This document shows, in pieces, positions 9,478-18,780 of a DNA stretch of 64,000 nucleotides; position 1 is the first letter of the stretch; every line of letters begins with the position of its first letter. A model generated the notes under the pieces. The model was not told the origin of the DNA. It worked only from the letters and a program-made list of their open reading frames with translations, and did not search any database. This DNA is from Longimicrobiales bacterium. GTDB taxonomy: Bacteria; Gemmatimonadota; Gemmatimonadetes; Longimicrobiales; Gaopeijiaceae. The stretch lies in assembly GCA_965248195.1 (NCBI GenBank), contig CBDFIQ010000002.1, positions 1,376,001-1,440,000 of the forward strand, in the 5' to 3' direction. A program made the translations under genes and the position numbers.

Positions 9478-10590
9478 ATGCACAAACGTGACCCTGCGTA
9501 TCTCCTCCTGGAGGACGGCCGCCGCTTCGATGGCTACAGGCTCGGGGCGCCCGGGCCGTCGCTGGGAGAGGTCGTCTTCAATACGGCCATGACCGGGTAC
9601 CAGGAGATCCTCACCGATCCCTCCTACGCGGGGCAGCACGTGGTGATGACGTATCCCCTGATCGGCAATTACGGCGTCAACGACGCGGACCGGGAGTCGG
9701 AGGGTCCACATGTTACTGGATTTGTCGTCCGTGAGGCCCCCCCCCGCCATTCGTCGTGGAGGGCCACCGGGTCGCTGGAGGATTATCTCCTCGAGTGCGG
9801 CGTGGTCGGAATCGCCGGTGTCGATACGAGGGCCCTCACCCTCCACATTCGATCGGAGGGAGCCAAGCGGGGCGCCATCGCCCCCGCCGGCGCTGACGAA
9901 GCGGATCTGCTCGAGAGTGTGCTCGCGCATCCCCTCATGGAGGGTCTCGACTTGGCGTGTGGCGTCTCCACCGAGGCCTCCTATACGGTGCCTGCCGTCG
10001 GCGAGGAGCGGTTCCACGTTCTCGCGTACGACTTCGGCGTGAAGGCTCACTCGCCTCGCCTCCTGGCTGAACGTGGTTGCCGGGTCACGGTCATTCCGGC
10101 GGTGACACCGGTCGAAGAAATCCTCTCGGCAGAACCCGATGGGCTCTTCGTGTCCAACGGCCCGGGTGATCCCGCGGCCGTGGAAAGGGCGCAGGAGGCC
10201 ATTCTCGGCTTGTCCGAACGAGGAATTCCGGTCTTCGGAATCTGTCTGGGCCACCAGTTGATCGCTCGGGCCTTCGGCGCCAAGACGTATAAGCTTCCGT
10301 TCGGCCACCACGGCGCAAACCACCCTGTCCGCAATCTCGATCGGAACACCGTCGAGATCACGTCGCAGAACCACGGGTTTGCCGTCGTTGCCGTTGAGGA
10401 GGAGGTTCCGGGGGCTCCCGACCTGCGCGTGACCCACCTCAATCTGTACGACGGGACGGTGGAGGGCCTGGTCCATCGGGAGCGCCCAGTTTTCTGCGTC
10501 CAATACCATCCGGAGGCTGCTCCGGGACCCCACGACAGCGTATATCTCTTCGATCAATTCATCGGGTTGATGGAGACCGGGCTTTCGTAG
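9478..10590 (+). CDS. carA: Carbamoyl-phosphate synthase small subunit
   Basis: GEVVFNTAMTGYQE.LTDPSY, SNGPGDP, GICLGHQ, SQNHGFAV, VQYHPEAAPGPHD. ATG at 9478 chosen by homology. Confidence 0.96.
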   Translation: MHKRDPAYLLLEDGRRFDGYRLGAPGPSLGEVVFNTAMTGYQEILTDPSYAGQHVVMTYPLIGNYGVNDADRESEGPHVTGFVVREAPPRHSSWRATGSLEDYLLECGVVGIAGVDTRALTLHIRSEGAKRGAIAPAGADEADLLESVLAHPLMEGLDLACGVSTEASYTVPAVGEERFHVLAYDFGVKAHSPRLLAERGCRVTVIPAVTPVEEILSAEPDGLFVSNGPGDPAAVERAQEAILGLSERGIPVFGICLGHQLIARAFGAKTYKLPFGHHGANHPVRNLDRNTVEITSQNHGFAVVAVEEEVPGAPDLRVTHLNLYDGTVEGLVHRERPVFCVQYHPEAAPGPHDSVYLFDQFIGLMETGLS

Positions 10591-10677
10591 GTCCAAGGGC
10601 CCCTTGACGTTCCAGGCTCGACAGCGTTACCGTGGCTTCCCTGCCACAGTTTTTCACCGTATCTCGGAGGAAAATGC

Positions 10678-10980
10678 ATGACCAAGGCCGACCTCGTCGA
10701 ACAGGTCGCAGAGGCCATAGGTCCTGGGATTACCAAGAAGGACTGCGCATTGGTCGTGGACGGTCTCCTGAACGCCGTCAAGCGCGCTCTCGCGAACGGT
10801 GAAAATATCGAGATCCGTGGGTTCGGGACGTTCAAGGTGAGGAAGCGGAAGAGCCGCATGGCCCGGAACCCACGTACAGGCGAGGGCGTTGAAGTTCCCT
10901 CGCGGAGCGTGCCGGTCTTCAAGCCCTCGAAGCATCTGCGCTCCCGTGTCAGCCAACTCGACGGGCAGAAGCCGGCATAG
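10678..10980 (+). CDS. HU/IHF-family DNA-binding protein
   Basis: MTKADLVE, IEIRGFGTF, ARNPRTGE, PVFKPSK; GGAGG RBS. Confidence 0.95.
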   Translation: MTKADLVEQVAEAIGPGITKKDCALVVDGLLNAVKRALANGENIEIRGFGTFKVRKRKSRMARNPRTGEGVEVPSRSVPVFKPSKHLRSRVSQLDGQKPA

Positions 10981-11139
10981 GTCGCTTCAAACAGCGCCGG
11001 AGCCGAGCCGTCGCCTCCGCGGGGCCCGTTCGTTCCGTTCTCCGCACTCCGGCATCACCCTTCATCCCGACCTAGCGGCTCGCGCCACTCCTTCGGCAGG
11101 CCTTTTAACGTTCTCCTGACTAGGTACGTCTGATTTACG

Positions 11140-11697
11140 ATGGTCGAGGATTCACGCCTGGCGTCGCCGACGGACGAGGAGTTGGTGCGACGGGTCCGAG
11201 AAGGCGACGAACAGGCCATGAACGTTCTCGTTGACCGTCATCATGGTGTGGTGTTTCGGACCTGTGCGGCCATCCTTGGTGACGAGGATCTAGCGGCGGA
11301 TGCGAGCCAGAACAGTTTTCTCAAGGCCTTCAAGGCGGTCGATCGCTTCAGGGGTGAGGCGGCGTTTCGCACATGGCTGTTGGCCATCGCGGGCAACGAG
11401 GCCCGGGGTCTCCTCCGCCAAGTCAGGCGGAGAAGGGAAGACAGGCTCGAGGACCTGGACATGCTGCCGGCCGGGGGAAACGATCCTTCCGCGGAGGTCA
11501 CTCTAGGGTCCGAAGTCGCAAGGGTACGAGCGGTGCTGGCGGACTTGCCCGAGAAGCAGAGATTGTCCGTGAGTCTGAGAATTTTTGAGGGCTTGAGTTT
11601 TCGTGAGATCGGTGAGACCATCGATTCGACGGAGGGGTCGGCCCGGGTGAATTATCACCATGGGATACAGCGGTTGAGGGAGATGCTGGGGTCATGA
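11140..11697 (+). CDS. ECF-family RNA polymerase sigma factor
   Basis: Region 2 (D..Q..FLKAF...F...FRTWLLAIA.N) and region 4 (LPEKQR...EGLSFREI). Confidence 0.92.
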   Translation: MVEDSRLASPTDEELVRRVREGDEQAMNVLVDRHHGVVFRTCAAILGDEDLAADASQNSFLKAFKAVDRFRGEAAFRTWLLAIAGNEARGLLRQVRRRREDRLEDLDMLPAGGNDPSAEVTLGSEVARVRAVLADLPEKQRLSVSLRIFEGLSFREIGETIDSTEGSARVNYHHGIQRLREMLGS

Positions 11698-12170
11698 CGA
11701 AAATCGGATGCGCACACGTGAAGGACCTCCTGCCGGAGTGGATCCGTCACGAGCTCCCAGAGAGCGATCGTGCCGTCGTCGCCGCACATGTCTCCTCTTG
11801 TGAGTCGTGTTCCGAGGAGGTCGAGTTACTCCGAAGGATCCAGGCCGCCGCGTTCAGCACGCCTCCTTCGCTTGCTTCCGAGATCAAGTCTGCGGTGGCG
11901 GTCCAGATCGAGTCGGATGCCGGGGTCGAGTACGGCCCGGCCGGGCGCTTCGCGGGCTGGCGGCTTCCTGCGGCGGCGAGCGTGGTCTTGGCGCTGGGGA
12001 CGGGCCTGATTTGGCAGCGCACTCAGGCGCTGCCCGAGATAGGGCCCCTCGGACAAGATCCTTTTGCGGTCGTCTGGCCGAGCGACGACGCCGACGTGGC
12101 CGGTGTGCCGATGTTGGCGGATCTCTCCGACGAGGACCTGGCACTCCTACTGGAGGAGATCGGAGGATGA
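11694..12170 (+). CDS. Zinc-binding anti-sigma factor (zf-HC2) with TM helix
   Basis: HxxxCxxC (HVSSCESC), one TM segment, coupled to the sigma factor by ATGA. Confidence 0.85.
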   Translation: MTKIGCAHVKDLLPEWIRHELPESDRAVVAAHVSSCESCSEEVELLRRIQAAAFSTPPSLASEIKSAVAVQIESDAGVEYGPAGRFAGWRLPAAASVVLALGTGLIWQRTQALPEIGPLGQDPFAVVWPSDDADVAGVPMLADLSDEDLALLLEEIGG

Positions 12171-12784
12171 ACGGACGATCGCGGGCGATGACGCGGGCGA
12201 TGAACAGGCCCTCGAGCCTTTTGCTGACGGCGAGCCTCTTGATGATGGGCACGCTGCTGGGCGGTGCCGAGGGGCTCGTCGCTCAGCGTCGAGGAGGTCA
12301 ACAGCCCGGCGGCGGGCAGCGTGCAGAGATGGAGCGAAGAATACAAGCACGTTTTGACAATCTGGTGCGGGAAACACTCAGCCTCAGCGACGATCAGGTC
12401 CAGCAACTTCAGGCCGTGGTGGAGGATTTCCGCGGCCGGCGAGTGGATTTCTCACAAAGAGAGCGTACCACCCGCGCACGCGTCGGACGTTTAGGTCTGA
12501 GAGGCGGGGGAGCGGACCTCACCGAGCAGGAGGCTTCCGAGATCCTCGCGGAGATGCTCGAACTGAGCGGCGATGAAGCGACCCTCTTCCGAGAGGAGCA
12601 GGAGGCGTTCCTCCAAATCCTGAGCGCGCCGCAAGTCGTACGCTTTATCCTGATGCGCCAACAGTTCGGCGAGAGGATTCGAACCCTGCGTGGAGGCGGT
12701 GGCCCGGGCCGAGGGCCGCAGGGTGGACCGGGCCGGAGGCCGCAGGGTGGCCGGCGTCTAGGGCCGCCACTGCTCGGACGTTGA
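12167..12784 (+). CDS. Secreted helical protein, Spy/CpxP-like third component of the ECF module
   Basis: Signal peptide, LSLSDDQ and LSAPQ (LTxxQ-like) motifs, Gly/Arg/Pro-rich ends, ATGA coupling. Confidence 0.65.
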   Translation: MNGRSRAMTRAMNRPSSLLLTASLLMMGTLLGGAEGLVAQRRGGQQPGGGQRAEMERRIQARFDNLVRETLSLSDDQVQQLQAVVEDFRGRRVDFSQRERTTRARVGRLGLRGGGADLTEQEASEILAEMLELSGDEATLFREEQEAFLQILSAPQVVRFILMRQQFGERIRTLRGGGGPGRGPQGGPGRRPQGGRRLGPPLLGR

Positions 12785-12901
12785 CCCCGCAAGGCTGACC
12801 AAGGCTGACACCGGAACGTTGACGGGAACGGCGGGGTTCCTCTACTCTGATCTGCTGAAGTGTTTCGGTTAACTGCCCCCGTCGCTCGGATGTATGGCCC
12901 C

Positions 12902-13147
12902 GTGGAAATCCGCACCCTGTTCTTCGCGTCCTATAAAGAGCTCCTCGGTACGGGGGAGCTCCAGGTCGATCTTCCCGAGGGAGCGACGGTCTCGGATCTC
13001 GTTTCGGCACTCCGCTCCCGTGGTGGCGCTTTTACGGTCTTACCCACCGCGCCCGCCGTAGCCCTCAACATGACCTACACGGACCCTACGTCGTTGCTGA
13101 GCGATGGCGACGAGGTGGCGTTGATTCCGCCGGTTGCGGGGGGATGA
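12902..13147 (+). CDS. moaD: Molybdopterin synthase sulfur carrier subunit
   Basis: LFFASYKE..G, DGDEVALIPPVAGG C-terminal GG. Start is GTG 12902 or ATG 12890. Confidence 0.92.
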   Translation: MEIRTLFFASYKELLGTGELQVDLPEGATVSDLVSALRSRGGAFTVLPTAPAVALNMTYTDPTSLLSDGDEVALIPPVAGG

Positions 13148-13148
13148 C

Positions 13149-13667
13149 GTGAACTCCGCCATCGTTCGGGAGCCCATCGATCCGGCTCACGTCCTGAGCT
13201 TGATCGGCGCCGACCAGGATGGGGCGAGCCTCCTCTTTCTGGGCGTAGTTCGAGATCACAATGACGGCCGTTCGGTGGGAGGCGTGCGATACGATACGTA
13301 TGAGGAAATGGCTGCTCAGGTGCTCTCGGAAATCGTGGACGAGGCCACACGAGCGGCGGGCACGGATCGGGTCGCTGCGGTCCATCGGATCGGCGAGTTG
13401 GCGGTAGGCGACGTCAGCGTCGCGATCGCGGTGTCCAGTCCCCATCGGGCCGAGGCGTACGACGCATCGCGCTACATCATCGAGGAAATCAAGAAGCGCC
13501 TTCCAGTCTGGAAAAAAGAGCGCTACAGAGACGGTGCCGAAGAGTGGGTCGAGGGGCGGACGCCCGATGCGGCCCCGGCACCCCACCAGGCGCCCCAGGC
13601 GCCCCAGGCGGGCGCGCCTCAGGCGGACGCGCCTCAGGCGGACGCGCCCCAGGCGGACGGGTCATGA
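13149..13667 (+). CDS. moaE: Molybdopterin synthase catalytic subunit (with repetitive C-terminal tail)
   Basis: FLGVVRDHNDG, HRIG.L.VG, SSPHR, IKKRLPVWKKE; tail of QAP/QADAP repeats. Confidence 0.92.
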   Translation: MNSAIVREPIDPAHVLSLIGADQDGASLLFLGVVRDHNDGRSVGGVRYDTYEEMAAQVLSEIVDEATRAAGTDRVAAVHRIGELAVGDVSVAIAVSSPHRAEAYDASRYIIEEIKKRLPVWKKERYRDGAEEWVEGRTPDAAPAPHQAPQAPQAGAPQADAPQADAPQADGS

Positions 13668-14644
13668 TCGATCAGTTCGGGCGCCGCGTGGAGTACGTTC
13701 GTGTTTCCGTCACGGACAAGTGCAACTTGCGGTGCGTCTATTGCATGCCCCTCGACGGGCTGGACTGGCTCAAGCGTGAGAGTCTCCTCAGCTATGAGGA
13801 GATCGCGTCTGTTCTGCGCACGATGGCGGGGATGGGTCTCGAGAAAGTGCGCATTACGGGCGGCGAGCCCTTGGTCCGAAAGGATCTGCCACGCCTGGTG
13901 GGTATGGTGGCCGACATCCCTGGCATCGTTGACATCTCGCTGTCCACGAACGCGGTGCTGCTGGCCGATCAGGCCCAGGCGCTCCGCGATGCCGGGGTCA
14001 GCCGGGTCAACGTGTCGCTCGACTCACTCCAAGAGCAGCGTGTGGACGCCATCGCCCGGCGACCCGGCTCCTTCGGGCGCATCATGGAGGGGCTGGACGC
14101 GGCGGAAGCGGTCGGGTTCGATCCGATCAAGATCAACGTAGTCCTCATCGGCGGCCAGAACGATGACGAGATCGAGGACTTCGCGCGCATCACTCGGGAT
14201 CGGCCGTGGCACGTTCGTTTTATCGAGCTCATGCCGACGGGATCCAACCTGGACTTGAGTGCCAACAGCTTCGTATCCTGCCAAGAGGCGCTCGCCAGGA
14301 TCCGCCGCATGGGAAGCATCGAACCGGTTGACGGTCCTGCCGGAAACGGGCCCGCGACGTACTTCCGTTTTCCCGGGGCAGCCGGTACCGTGGGGGTGAT
14401 CACTCCCATGAGCCATAACTATTGCGACCGTTGTAACCGAATGCGGCTGACCGCGGATGGCCAACTCCGCCCCTGCCTTTTCGGGTCCATCCAGACCAAC
14501 CTTCGCGACCCGCTCCGGGCGGGCGCTGACCTCGTCCCGCTCATCGAAGAGACACTCCACATCAAGCCCGAGCGGCACTACCTGATCCAGGGAAGTGACG
14601 AGGGCTCCGGGGGGCTCGTGGCCCTCTCCCAGACGGGTGGTTGA
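13664..14644 (+). CDS. moaA: GTP 3',8-cyclase
   Basis: SVTDKCNLRCVYCMP radical-SAM motif, CDRCNRMRLTADG..RPCL, C-terminal GG. Confidence 0.96.
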   Translation: MIDQFGRRVEYVRVSVTDKCNLRCVYCMPLDGLDWLKRESLLSYEEIASVLRTMAGMGLEKVRITGGEPLVRKDLPRLVGMVADIPGIVDISLSTNAVLLADQAQALRDAGVSRVNVSLDSLQEQRVDAIARRPGSFGRIMEGLDAAEAVGFDPIKINVVLIGGQNDDEIEDFARITRDRPWHVRFIELMPTGSNLDLSANSFVSCQEALARIRRMGSIEPVDGPAGNGPATYFRFPGAAGTVGVITPMSHNYCDRCNRMRLTADGQLRPCLFGSIQTNLRDPLRAGADLVPLIEETLHIKPERHYLIQGSDEGSGGLVALSQTGG

Positions 14645-14738
14645 GCGGTTGGGGCTTAGGTAGACTTCAAGAAATCTAGTAAAAGGTTCAGGAATCCGAA
14701 CAAATCCAACCACTCGATAACACTCCAAGAAGGATCAC

Positions 14739-15665
14739 ATGAGCGCGAATAAAATTACGGTGGTGGGCGCGGGTCACGTCGGCGCGACCTGCGCACAGCG
14801 TCTGGCGGAGATGGAGCTTGCCCGAGAAATCGTCCTGATCGACATCGTCGAAGGCATCCCACAGGGTAAGGGGCTCGATCAATGGGAGAGTGCCCCCGTC
14901 TTGGGCTTCGACTCGCATGTAATCGGCGCAAACGACTACCAAGAGGCGGCGGATTCCGACCTTTTCATTGTCACCGCCGGGATCGCGCGGAAGCCGGGGA
15001 TGAGCAGGGACGACCTTCTCAAGACGAACGCCGGAATCGTGGAATCGGTCTCGAGGGAGATCGCCCGAGTGGCCCCGGACTCGATCATCATCATGGTGTC
15101 CAATCCCTTGGACGTGATGGCGTACGTGGCGATGCAGAGCAGCGGCTTCCCCCGGGAGCGGGTGATCGGCATGGCCGGCATCCTCGATACGGCGCGATAC
15201 CGTTCGTTTATCTCTCTGGAGCTCGACGTCAGCGTCGAGGACATCCAGGCTCTGGTTCTCGGCGGCCACGGTGATACGATGGTCCCGCTGGTCTCCTACA
15301 CGACGATCTCGGGCATCCCGCTCACTCAGTTCCTCGGGAACGAGCGTATCGAAGCACTGCTCGAGCGCACGCGAAAGGGTGGTGCGGAGATCGTCGGCCA
15401 CTTGAAGACCGGGAGCGCCTACTATGCGCCCTCGGCGGCGGCGGCCCAGATGGCCGAGGCCATCGTCAAGGACAAGCGCCGCATTCTACCATGTGCCGCC
15501 TACCTGGAGGGCGAGTACGGGCATGAGGGAATCTTCCTGGGTGTGCCGTGTCAACTCGGCGAAGGCGGGCTCCAGAGGATCATCGAGGTGGAGCTCACGG
15601 AGAGCGAAGCCGAAGCGCTGGCGAACAGCGCCGGAGCCGTGAAGGAAACGATCGGTGCTCTCTGA
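14739..15665 (+). CDS. mdh: Malate dehydrogenase (LDH-like type)
   Basis: [38 protein letters not shown]. Confidence 0.96.
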   Translation: MSANKITVVGAGHVGATCAQRLAEMELAREIVLIDIVEGIPQGKGLDQWESAPVLGFDSHVIGANDYQEAADSDLFIVTAGIARKPGMSRDDLLKTNAGIVESVSREIARVAPDSIIIMVSNPLDVMAYVAMQSSGFPRERVIGMAGILDTARYRSFISLELDVSVEDIQALVLGGHGDTMVPLVSYTTISGIPLTQFLGNERIEALLERTRKGGAEIVGHLKTGSAYYAPSAAAAQMAEAIVKDKRRILPCAAYLEGEYGHEGIFLGVPCQLGEGGLQRIIEVELTESEAEALANSAGAVKETIGAL

Positions 15666-15758
15666 TCCAGGTCTCTTGTTCGCCTCGAGGAACCGAAGAC
15701 CTGACGCTGTGTGTGCGGAAGATACGCATGACGACCATTTGCCCAGACGGGAGTTCGT

Positions 15759-16253
15759 ATGATCATGAGAAGTATGGGAACAAGGTTAAGCGTGGTTGCG
15801 GCGGTGACCCTGGCGCTCGTGGCTTGCGGCGACACCGTCGCCACGGTCGATATGGAGGGCCCCGTGTTCGGCCCCGATCCCGCAGACGTGGAGTTTGCGG
15901 CCTCGCTGGGGATCGATCTCGCCAGCATGATGGAGACCACCACCGGGTTGTTCTATCGAGATGACATCGAGGGCGCCGGGGAGCCCGCCGCGCTCGGAGA
16001 CGACGTTACGCTGACCTACACGGGATGGCTGGTGGACGGCGAGGAATTCGACAGCGGTGGGTTCATCGCCACGCTCGGTGCGACGAGTTTGATTGCCGGT
16101 TTCACAGAGGGCCTCGTCGGTATGCAAGCCGGAGGAACGAGAACGATCGTAATCCCGGCCAATCTGGCGTATAGATCGTCGCCAAACGGGCCTATCCCAG
16201 GGAATGCGGTCCTCGTATTCGAGCTCATGGTCACCGCCGTCGTCAAGCCTTAA
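15759..16253 (+). CDS. FKBP-type peptidyl-prolyl isomerase lipoprotein
   Basis: Lipobox LVAC, YTGWL.DG..FDS, IAGF.EGL.GM..GG.R, IPGNAVLVF. Exact start uncertain. Confidence 0.88.
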   Translation: MIMRSMGTRLSVVAAVTLALVACGDTVATVDMEGPVFGPDPADVEFAASLGIDLASMMETTTGLFYRDDIEGAGEPAALGDDVTLTYTGWLVDGEEFDSGGFIATLGATSLIAGFTEGLVGMQAGGTRTIVIPANLAYRSSPNGPIPGNAVLVFELMVTAVVKP

Positions 16254-16456
16254 CGTCAACGAGACGTCTCCCGACGCACGGGGGGCTTACGGGCTTACCC
16301 CGGCGACTCCCGGAGCTCCCCCGGATCCCCTTACGGACCCCCCGGGGGGTCCTGTCGTCGAAGCCCATAAGCTCGCGACACTCGCCCGGTTCTTACCCCT
16401 GCCGAGCGCTGAACAGCATTCATATCACTCTATGCACTATCCGGCACAAGTGGGTG

Positions 16457-16491
16457 TTGACCTCATTCCTTGACTAGTTTACACTGTTAAC
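16457..16491 (+). promoter_or_regulatory. Promoter with overlapping TetR-type operator; predicted leaderless mRNA
   Basis: TTGACC-N17-TACACT ends 6 nt before ATG 16492. The imperfect palindrome GTTTACACTGTTAAC (16477-16491) covers the -10. Confidence 0.7.
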
Positions 16492-17235
16492 ATGGCTACA
16501 CAAAGAGATCGAATCCTGAATGCCGCGTGTGACCTTCTCGTCAACGGCGGACTCGACGCATTGTCGATGCGAAAGCTCGCAAGGCAGCTTGGGGTCACGG
16601 CGCCTGCGCTCTACCGGCACTATGAGAGCAAGGAGGCGGTGCTCGTCGACGTGGTGGGCGAGGCCTTCAAGGTCTTTGCCCAGTACCTGTACCGCGCGCT
16701 GGACGGGCGCACCCCCGTCGAGCGGTTCAGCTTGACGGGACGGTCTTACCTGGCCTTCGCCCTCGAGCACCCGCGGTACTACGCGTTGTTGCACGCGGCC
16801 CACGAGATCATGGGGCACGCCGCGCTTCCGCATGAGGCGACGGATCATGCTTGCGCGGTGGGCCAGTTCATGGTGGATCGGGTCCGGGAAGGCATGGAAT
16901 GCGGAATGCTGAAACCGGGACCGCCGGAGACGGTGGCCCGCACGATCTGGGCTCACTCACACGGATTGGTGTCGATCTATCACCGCGGTCTGTTCCGGAT
17001 CGACGAAGCGCAGTTTCGCCAGCTCTTTCTGGAGTCGAGCTGGCGCCTCATGGAAGGCCTGGCGGAGCCCGAGTTCGCCGAGACCATGGGTGAGAGGGTG
17101 CGGGCCTCCGTCGAGGCAGAAGGGCGGGCTCGAGTAGCGGAGTCGGAGGCGGAAACACCAACCGCCGAGGCAGAAGGGCGGGCTCGAGCAGCGAAATCGG
17201 AGGCGGAAGCACCAACCGCCGAGGCCAGAAGTTGA
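16492..17235 (+). CDS. TetR/AcrR-family transcriptional regulator
   Basis: HTH LSMRKLARQLGVTAPALYRHYESKE, WAHSHG (WHG-type) C-domain, repeat-derived tail. Confidence 0.93.
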   Translation: MATQRDRILNAACDLLVNGGLDALSMRKLARQLGVTAPALYRHYESKEAVLVDVVGEAFKVFAQYLYRALDGRTPVERFSLTGRSYLAFALEHPRYYALLHAAHEIMGHAALPHEATDHACAVGQFMVDRVREGMECGMLKPGPPETVARTIWAHSHGLVSIYHRGLFRIDEAQFRQLFLESSWRLMEGLAEPEFAETMGERVRASVEAEGRARVAESEAETPTAEAEGRARAAKSEAEAPTAEARS

Positions 17236-17261
17236 TGAGTAACCGAGGCCAGAAGTTGATG
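17112..17261. repeat. 54-bp tandem repeat (2+ copies) plus 19-bp duplication spanning the TetR stop
   Basis: Units start at 17112, 17166 and 17220. CCGAGGCCAGAAGTTGATG occurs at 17219 and 17243. Confidence 0.85.
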
Positions 17262-17312
17262 GGCAGCCGAAGCCGGGAGTCGATGGACAGAGGAACGACG
17301 GGACAAGAGGGG

Positions 17313-18761
17313 ATGACGATGCACATATATGACTGGGTAGCGTTGACGCTGGTGGCTCTGGCGGGAGGAGGAGGTGTCGCGGCGCAAGAGGTCTTCACGC
17401 TCGAGGGGGCCGTACAGATGGCCCTGGAGCAGAATGAGGACCTTCACGGCGCCCGCTACGGTCTCGTGGTGGCTCAAGAGCAGATGGCCGAAGCCCGCAG
17501 TGACCTCTTTCCGAAGATCGACCTGAACGCCTCGTACGCACGCAACCTGATGGTGGCGGAGAACTTCCTTCCCGCGTTCATTTTCGATCCCACGGCCGAT
17601 CCGGATGACCTGATCCCGGTTCGTTTCGGAGCGGACAACGTCTGGACGACCAACGTCACGTTGGAGCAGGCCCTGTTCAAGCCGTCGGCGTTCGTCGCGC
17701 TCGGCGCGGCCGGGCGCTTTGAAAACTTCGAGCAGGAAGCCTTGCGGGGCCGCACACAAGGGATCGTCACACAGGTGCGGGTGCTCTATTACGGCCTCCT
17801 GCTGGCGCAGGAGCAGGCTCGCTTGGTGGAAAACTCCGTTCAACGGGTGCGGAAGTCCCTCCACGACACCCGAGCGCTCAACAAGGCCGGCCTCGCGGCG
17901 GACTACGATGTGCTGCGCCTCGAGGTAGAGTTGGGCAACCTCGAACCCAATCTGTTCCGGGCCCGGAACTCCGTGACGCAGGCTCGGCGCGAACTCGGCA
18001 TCGAGCTGGCACTGGACGATCTCGAAGGCTTTCGCGTCGCGGGCTCTCTCGCGGCGCTCGATCTCGATGATTTCGAGGCCAACTCGCCCGAGAATCGTGA
18101 AATCTTGGGATTCTCGAACTTGGCCACGGAGCCGTTGACCGAGGACATCGTACGTGCGGCCCGAGAGGGCCGGTCGGATCTTCGGCAATTCTTTTTTTCG
18201 GAGCAGCTCCGGCAGTCGGAGTTGAGCTTGGAGCAGGCGCAGTACCTGCCCGAGATCGTGCTCTTCGGGTCCTACGGAGTTTTGGCTCAGCAAAACGGGA
18301 ACCCTGCGTTCTTCGGGGAGTCCAACCAACGAACGTATTCGAGTCAGGCCGGCATTCGGGTCACCTGGCCGATTTTCAGCGGTCTTTCGAGAGATGCCCG
18401 CATCGATCAGAGGCGGGCATCCCTACGCCAAGCCGAGAGCGTGAGCCGGGTCGCCCGGGCCCGGGCCGACAGTGAAGTGGAGACCATTTGGGATCAGATG
18501 GTGGAGGCCAGGGCGCGTGCCGATGCTCAACGAGGGGCGGTCCGGCAGGCGACCCGCGGTTTCGAGATCGCGAGCGCGCAATACCAAGAGGGTCTGGGGA
18601 GTCAGTTGGAGCTCACCGATGCCGAAGTGGCCCTTCGGCAGAGTGAGTTCAACTACGCGCAGGCTGCATACGACTTTTTGGTGGCACAGGCCAATCTCGA
18701 TCTGGCGGTGGGCTCCGTGCCCATGGTGGATTCGGGACCGCTGGCCGGCCGCCTTGAGTGA
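17313..18761 (+). CDS. TolC-family outer membrane efflux protein
   Basis: Signal peptide, TLEGAVQMALEQN, twin OEP repeats, Y.EGLGSQLEL.DA. Confidence 0.9.
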   Translation: MTMHIYDWVALTLVALAGGGGVAAQEVFTLEGAVQMALEQNEDLHGARYGLVVAQEQMAEARSDLFPKIDLNASYARNLMVAENFLPAFIFDPTADPDDLIPVRFGADNVWTTNVTLEQALFKPSAFVALGAAGRFENFEQEALRGRTQGIVTQVRVLYYGLLLAQEQARLVENSVQRVRKSLHDTRALNKAGLAADYDVLRLEVELGNLEPNLFRARNSVTQARRELGIELALDDLEGFRVAGSLAALDLDDFEANSPENREILGFSNLATEPLTEDIVRAAREGRSDLRQFFFSEQLRQSELSLEQAQYLPEIVLFGSYGVLAQQNGNPAFFGESNQRTYSSQAGIRVTWPIFSGLSRDARIDQRRASLRQAESVSRVARARADSEVETIWDQMVEARARADAQRGAVRQATRGFEIASAQYQEGLGSQLELTDAEVALRQSEFNYAQAAYDFLVAQANLDLAVGSVPMVDSGPLAGRLE

Positions 18762-18780
18762 TAGATAAAGGAAGAAGATC

